From assembly GCA_038874655.1 (NCBI GenBank), contig JAVZBY010000003.1:134991-198990 (forward strand): DNA of 64,000 nt. Direction: 5' to 3'. The number at the start of each line of letters is the position of its first letter. Position 1 is the stretch's first letter. This document shows, one piece after another, positions 59,028 to 64,000 of this stretch. Made by a program: the position numbers and the translations under genes. The notes under the pieces are model-generated. The model worked only from the letters and a program-made list of their open reading frames with translations, did no database searches and had not been told where the DNA came from. Source of the stretch: Candidatus Woesearchaeota archaeon. GTDB taxonomy: Archaea > Nanobdellota > Nanobdellia > Woesearchaeales > GW2011-AR15.

Positions 59028-60083
59028 ATGAGTGGAATTGTGTCATTTGGTAGTTATATTCCTATTTATAGGATAAAAGTTGAAGAAATTGCAAAAGCAC
59101 ATTCTCAAAACCCTGATAACATAAAAAAATCATTGAACATTGAAGAAAAATCTGTTCCAAATATTGATGAAGATTCTGCTACAATGGCAGTTGAAGCAGC
59201 AAAAAATTGCTTAATTCCCATTAAAGAGGATATAAATTACGAAGACATAAATAGTATTTATATTGGAAGTGAATCTCATCCTTATGCTGTTAAACCAACA
59301 GGAACAATTGTGGCTGCTGCTCTTAACATAAAGAATTATTCTACTGCAGATTTAGAATTTGCTTGCAAAGCTGGAACAGAAGCAATAAAAATTGGTTTAT
59401 CACAAGTAAAATCAAATTTTGTTAAATATTCTTTAGTAGGTGGCTCTGATACTGCACAATCAAAACCTGAAGATATTTTAGAATACACTGCTGCAGCAGG
59501 AAGCGCTATTTTTTTAATTGGAAGTTCAAATGTAATTGCTGAAATAAAAAATTTTACTAGTTTTACATCTGACACTCCTGATTTTTGGCGTAGGCAACAT
59601 GAAAAATATCCTAAACACGCTGGAACTTTTACAGGTGAACCTGCATATTTTAAACACATAATAAATGCAACAAAACTCTTATTTCAAAAAGCAAAAACTA
59701 ACCCAGAAGATTACAAATATGTTGTTTTTCATCAACCTAATGGAAAATTTCCTTTGGAAGTAGCTAAAATTTTAGGATTCAAAAAAGAACAAGTAATGCC
59801 AAGCATTTTAGTAAATAAAATTGGAAACACCTATTCAGGATCTTCATTACTTGGATTATGTAAAATATTAGAAATTGCAAACCCTAATGATAGAATATTA
59901 TTAACATCTTATGGTTCTGGCTCTGGAAGCGATAGTTTTGATATTACAATAACTGATAAAATTATAGAATTTAGACAAAAAATAAAAAAACTAAAAATAA
60001 AAACATTAGACTATTATTTAAATAATAAAATATATATTGATTACATTACCTATTTAAAAAACACAGGAAAACAACTATATTAA
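59028..60083 (+). CDS. archaeal hydroxymethylglutaryl-CoA synthase
   Basis: MSGIVSFGSYIPIYRI, catalytic Cys region LEFACKAGTEA, archaeal short form. Confidence 0.85.
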   Translation: MSGIVSFGSYIPIYRIKVEEIAKAHSQNPDNIKKSLNIEEKSVPNIDEDSATMAVEAAKNCLIPIKEDINYEDINSIYIGSESHPYAVKPTGTIVAAALNIKNYSTADLEFACKAGTEAIKIGLSQVKSNFVKYSLVGGSDTAQSKPEDILEYTAAAGSAIFLIGSSNVIAEIKNFTSFTSDTPDFWRRQHEKYPKHAGTFTGEPAYFKHIINATKLLFQKAKTNPEDYKYVVFHQPNGKFPLEVAKILGFKKEQVMPSILVNKIGNTYSGSSLLGLCKILEIANPNDRILLTSYGSGSGSDSFDITITDKIIEFRQKIKKLKIKTLDYYLNNKIYIDYITYLKNTGKQLY

Positions 60084-60103
60084 AAAATTAAAATCTTAAA
60101 AAA

Positions 60104-61255
60104 ATGAGAAAAGTTGCAATAATAGGTATTGGCCAAATAAAATTTGGCTATCATTGGGATAAAGATGCTATTGATTTAGCAGTAGAAGCAGGAATTAAGG
60201 CAATCCATGATGCTGGCATACATAAAAAAGATGTTCAAGCAATTTATGGAGGTATTATGTCAGGTGGATTATTTAATAATCAAGAGCATTTTGCAAGTAT
60301 ATTTTCTGATCACTTAGGTTTCAATAACATTCCAAGTGTTAGAGTTGAGGCTGCATGTGCTTCTGGAGGTTTGGCTTTAAGACAAGCATACATAGATGTT
60401 GCTTCAGGTTTTCATGATATTGTTGTTGCTGGTGGCGTAGAAAAAATGACTGATTTAAACACAAACCAAATTACAAAAATTTTAGCAACTGCTTCTGACA
60501 CTGAAAGAGAAGCCATATTCGGTGCAACTTTTCCAGGATTATATGCAATGATGGCAAAACTTCATATGCATAAATTCAATACAACAGAAGAGCAATTAGC
60601 CTATGTTTCTGTAAAAAATCATAAAAACGCTTTGAAAAACAAGTACGCACAATTTCATAAAGAAATATCTATAGAAGATGTATTAAAATCACCAAAAATA
60701 GCAGATCCCTTAAAGTTATTGGATGCTTCTCCAATAAGTGATGGTGCAGCTGCTATTGTTTTAGCTAGTGAGGAAGTTGCAAAAAAATTCACTGACACTC
60801 CTATCTGGATAGCTGGAAGTGGTCATGCTACAGACGCAATAAGCTTACATGATAGAGAAGATTTACTAACAATAAAAGCAACTGTTGAAGCTGCAAAACA
60901 AGCATTTTTACAATCAAAATTAGAGCCAAAAGATATTCATGTTGCTGAAGTTCATGATTGTTTTACAATTGCTGAGTTATTGGCAATTGAAGACCTAGGG
61001 TTTGTAAAAAAAGGGCAAAGTGGTAAATTTGTTGAAGAAGGTCAAACAGAAATTGGTGGAAAAATTCCAATAAATCCTAGTGGTGGTTTAAAAGCAAAAG
61101 GACATCCTGTTGGTGCAACTGGAATTGCACAAGCAATAGAAGCTGTTTTACAATTAAGAGGTGAAGCTTCTAATAATACAAATGCTGAAACAGCACTCAC
61201 ACAAAATGTTGGAGGCAGCGGTGGAACTGCTATTGTGCATATATTTAAAAAATAA
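60104..61255 (+). CDS. acetyl-CoA acetyltransferase (thiolase)
   Basis: [11 protein letters not shown] active-site Cys, C-terminal GHP.GATG. Confidence 0.85.
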   Translation: MRKVAIIGIGQIKFGYHWDKDAIDLAVEAGIKAIHDAGIHKKDVQAIYGGIMSGGLFNNQEHFASIFSDHLGFNNIPSVRVEAACASGGLALRQAYIDVASGFHDIVVAGGVEKMTDLNTNQITKILATASDTEREAIFGATFPGLYAMMAKLHMHKFNTTEEQLAYVSVKNHKNALKNKYAQFHKEISIEDVLKSPKIADPLKLLDASPISDGAAAIVLASEEVAKKFTDTPIWIAGSGHATDAISLHDREDLLTIKATVEAAKQAFLQSKLEPKDIHVAEVHDCFTIAELLAIEDLGFVKKGQSGKFVEEGQTEIGGKIPINPSGGLKAKGHPVGATGIAQAIEAVLQLRGEASNNTNAETALTQNVGGSGGTAIVHIFKK

Positions 61256-61338
61256 TTTTAAAAAAATTGGTAAATAATTTAAAAATAAATTATTAAAAGT
61301 ATAACAAATAAAATAATAACAAAAAAATTAAGATAAAA

Positions 61339-61743
61339 ATGAAAGTACCAAAAATTTGGAGAAAAATTCCTGAATATTATTGCTTAATTGGTAAAAAATG
61401 TAATGATTGCAATGAACTTTATTTTCCTGGGAGAAAAGTTTGTAAAAAATGCGGTTCTCTAAACTTAAGTGATTATCAATTTTCTGGGAAAGGAAAAATA
61501 ATTACTTTTACAATTATAAGAACAACAACAGAATCAGAATCTGAAAAACCATTCAGAAAGCCACCTTATGCATTAGCTATTATTCAATTAGATGAAGGCC
61601 CTAAATTAACTGCTGAGATAGTAGATTCAAATTTTGAGGACATAGAAATTGGTAAAAATGTTGAATTTGTATTTAGAAAAATATTAGAGTATGATGAAAA
61701 AGGTGTAATTCAATATGGTTATAAATTCAAGCTCACAGAATAA
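61339..61743 (+). CDS. DUF35 OB-fold/Zn-ribbon protein (thiolase/HMGCS scaffold)
   Basis: CNDCNELYFPGRKVCKKCGS zinc ribbon followed by OB fold. Confidence 0.75.
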   Translation: MKVPKIWRKIPEYYCLIGKKCNDCNELYFPGRKVCKKCGSLNLSDYQFSGKGKIITFTIIRTTTESESEKPFRKPPYALAIIQLDEGPKLTAEIVDSNFEDIEIGKNVEFVFRKILEYDEKGVIQYGYKFKLTE

Positions 61744-63013
61744 AAAATTAAACTCAATAGAAAATAAAAAAAAAGAAAAAAACCATAGTGATGAAGAACT
61801 ATTAAATTTATTATTAAGTGAAAAGATAAAATTACATGAATTAGATTCATTAAGTGAAAATGCTGATAAAATTAGATTGGTCTATTTAGAAAAGAAATTA
61901 AATTTAAGTTTAGATGGCATATCAAAATCAATCTTATCATTGGAAGATTGCAAAGGAAACATTGAAAATTTAATTGGCACATGTCAAATTCCATTAGGTA
62001 TATCTGGCCCAGTTTTAATTAATGGCAATTATGCTAAAGGTTTTTTTTATTTGCCATTAGCAACTACTGAAGGTGCATTAGTTGCTTCTGTAAATAGAGG
62101 TTGCAAAATAATAAACCAAAGTGGTGGTGCTAAAACAATCATTCTAAGTAATGAACAAACTAGATCATTATTATTTAAATCAAATGATATATATGAATTA
62201 AAAGAATTCTCAGATTGGATAGAACAAAATTTTGAAACTTTAAAAAAAATAGGAGAAGAAACATCAAATCATATAGAAATTAAAAAAATTGAAACCTATA
62301 TTTTAGGACTAAATATTTGGCTTAGATTAAAAGCCTTTACTAATGAAGCAATGGGTATGAATATGATAACAATCGCAGGAAAAAAAATCGCAGATTACAT
62401 CATAGAAAATTATATAAAAAAAGAGCATAAATCTATAATCTTTATATCTGAATCTGGAAATTTGTGTGTTGATAAAAAACCGAGTTTTATGAATTTAATA
62501 AATACAAGAGGAAAAAAAGTAATTGCTTCAATTAACATTAATGAAAAAGACATAAATGAAATATTAAAAACCACAAGTGATAAATTAATTGACATAAATT
62601 ACAGAAAAAATTTACTAGGTAGTGCTTTTGCAGGTTCTTTAGGTTTTAATGCGCATTTTGCAAATATTATCGCAGCAATGTTTTTAGCAACAGGACAGGA
62701 TTTAGCTCATGTTGTTGATGGTTCTCTCGGATTCACAACAATAGAAAAAATTGAAAATCAAAATAACAAAAATAAATCTACAATAAACATTTCAATTACT
62801 ATTCCAAGTTTACAAGTTGGCACTATTGGTGGTGGCACTAAATTAAAAACACAAAAAGAATGTCTCTCTATTTTAAGTTGTGAAGGTAAAAATAGTTCGT
62901 TAAAATTGGCTGAAATAATTGCAGTTGCAGTTTTAGCGGGTGAGATTTCATTATTAAGTGCTCTAACAACAAAAGAATTAGCTGAAGCACATAAAAAACT
63001 AAACAGAAAATAA
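61715..63013 (+). CDS. hmgA: hydroxymethylglutaryl-CoA reductase (class I)
   Basis: EN.IG..QIP.G, ATTEGALVAS, DAMGMNM, GTIGGGT motifs. Confidence 0.85.
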   Translation: MVINSSSQNKKLNSIENKKKEKNHSDEELLNLLLSEKIKLHELDSLSENADKIRLVYLEKKLNLSLDGISKSILSLEDCKGNIENLIGTCQIPLGISGPVLINGNYAKGFFYLPLATTEGALVASVNRGCKIINQSGGAKTIILSNEQTRSLLFKSNDIYELKEFSDWIEQNFETLKKIGEETSNHIEIKKIETYILGLNIWLRLKAFTNEAMGMNMITIAGKKIADYIIENYIKKEHKSIIFISESGNLCVDKKPSFMNLINTRGKKVIASININEKDINEILKTTSDKLIDINYRKNLLGSAFAGSLGFNAHFANIIAAMFLATGQDLAHVVDGSLGFTTIEKIENQNNKNKSTINISITIPSLQVGTIGGGTKLKTQKECLSILSCEGKNSSLKLAEIIAVAVLAGEISLLSALTTKELAEAHKKLNRK

Positions 63014-63059
63014 AAATTTAAAATTATAAAAAACAATTACAAAAAATATAATTACAAAA

Positions 63060-63761
63060 ATGAAAATTCTAACTCAAAATATGTGGCTATTGCCATTTGG
63101 TTTCTCAAAAGATAATAAAAAAAGATTAAAACTTTTAGTTGATTACATAGAAAAAAATGAGATTGATATAATCTGCTTACAAGAAGTATGGAAAAACAGT
63201 TATATTAGTTATCTTAAAAAAAATATTAAAAAAAAATATTTTTTTTCGTATAACAAAACAAAATTTTGGAATAAAAGTGGTTTAATTTGTTTAACTAAAA
63301 TTAAACCAAAAAATGTAGAATTTTTTGAATTTAAAAAATCAAAAGATAATCCTCTTATCAATAAAATTGCTAAAAGAGGATTTCTAAAACTAAGTTTTAA
63401 AGAATATGATATATATAACACACACTTATATTATAAGACTGATATAAAAATAGGATTAAAAATTGCATTAAAAGAATTTGAACAATTAAAAAAAAATATC
63501 CATAGATTTTCAATTATTTGTGGTGATTTAAACATTGATAAAAAAATCTTTGATAAAATTAATACTTTTTATTATGCAGATAATATAGAAAACACATTTT
63601 CTTCAAAAAATAAATACTCAAAAAAATGGTGGGAGAAAAAAGTAATTTTAGATAAAAAAATAGATTATATCTTGACAACAAAAAAAGTAAATTTTAAATC
63701 ATATGCTATTGAAGGTTTATCTGATCATGAAGGTATTTTAAGCGAGATAATACTAAATTAA
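63060..63761 (+). CDS. endonuclease/exonuclease/phosphatase (EEP) family protein
   Basis: ICLQEVW, GDLN, SDHEGI catalytic motifs. Confidence 0.6.
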   Translation: MKILTQNMWLLPFGFSKDNKKRLKLLVDYIEKNEIDIICLQEVWKNSYISYLKKNIKKKYFFSYNKTKFWNKSGLICLTKIKPKNVEFFEFKKSKDNPLINKIAKRGFLKLSFKEYDIYNTHLYYKTDIKIGLKIALKEFEQLKKNIHRFSIICGDLNIDKKIFDKINTFYYADNIENTFSSKNKYSKKWWEKKVILDKKIDYILTTKKVNFKSYAIEGLSDHEGILSEIILN

Positions 63762-63879
63762 TATTTATATGAATTTAGTATTTTTTAACTTTTATATATA
63801 AACTTGTACAATAATTATTACTATAAAAATAAAATATAATAAAGTTAGTTTTTTATAGTTTAGATTTATTCATTAAATT

Positions 63880-64000
63880 ATGAGTATAACAGCAAAAGCA
63901 TGTGCAAAATCAATATTACTTGGAGAACATGCTGTTGTATATGGAAAATATGGAATTTCTATCCCAATAAAATCTTTATATACCTTAGCAACTGCTTCAA
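63880..64000 (+). CDS. mvk: mevalonate kinase, N-terminal 40 codons only (runs off window end)
   Basis: Own translation MSITAKACAKSILLGEHAVVYGKYGISIP matches the MVK N-terminal GEHAVVYG motif. Confidence 0.6.
   Translation, partial: MSITAKACAKSILLGEHAVVYGKYGISIPIKSLYTLATAS

Noticed and set aside
57232-62595. Minus-strand ORFs 57232..57489, 59336..59659, 62410..62595 and 62758..63036 inside the mevalonate genes
   Set aside because: Antisense to enzymes with clear catalytic motifs.
1-64000. Archaeal promoter (BRE/TATA) and poly-T terminator calls
   Set aside because: Almost every spacer is made of A/T runs, so TATA-like and T-tract matches occur everywhere and cannot be discriminated by eye. 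I did not report individual sites.

Overview
This 64-kb window is very AT-rich (long A/T runs in every intergenic spacer; I did not compute GC) and gene-dense. It reads as a small-genome archaeon, most consistent with a DPANN-type lineage, but that is inference. Archaeal markers: RNA polymerase subunit L, an archaeal-type bifunctional GlmU, Ogg-type N-glycosylase, the thiolase/HMG-CoA synthase/DUF35 trio, class-III-signal pilins, and five tRNA genes. Four of the tRNAs carry introns, two at non-canonical positions. Housekeeping blocks: dUTPase and thymidylate kinase; ValRS; a glmS-glmU-glmM operon with GT2 glycosyltransferases and a flippase-like protein; Maf, MazG, KamA and AMMECR1. There is also a mevalonate-pathway cluster on one strand: MVD, PMK-like GHMP kinase, HMGCS, thiolase, DUF35, HMGR, an EEP-family enzyme, and the start of MVK. 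Accessory content that stands out is listed below.
(1) A 1595-aa membrane-anchored surface protein with Cys-rich modules and more than 15 thrombospondin-type-3-like calcium-binding repeats, encoded by near-identical 129-bp and ~100-bp DNA repeats.
(2) A co-directional cluster of five class-III-signal (archaeal type IV pilin-like) genes, followed by a 1524-aa modular Cys-rich giant protein with a dockerin-like motif and a membrane protein with a lysine-rich tail. This is the best candidate for an undescribed surface appendage or attachment system.
(3) A seven-gene copper-handling operon (CopA, CopZ) whose partners include an HMA domain fused to a Met-rich Ctr-like membrane domain, a membrane-anchored wHTH regulator, a cupredoxin-like exported protein and a small Cys/His-rich protein.
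(4) A membrane-anchored JAMM-motif protein and a DsbB-like oxidoreductase that fits the many disulfide-rich exported proteins.
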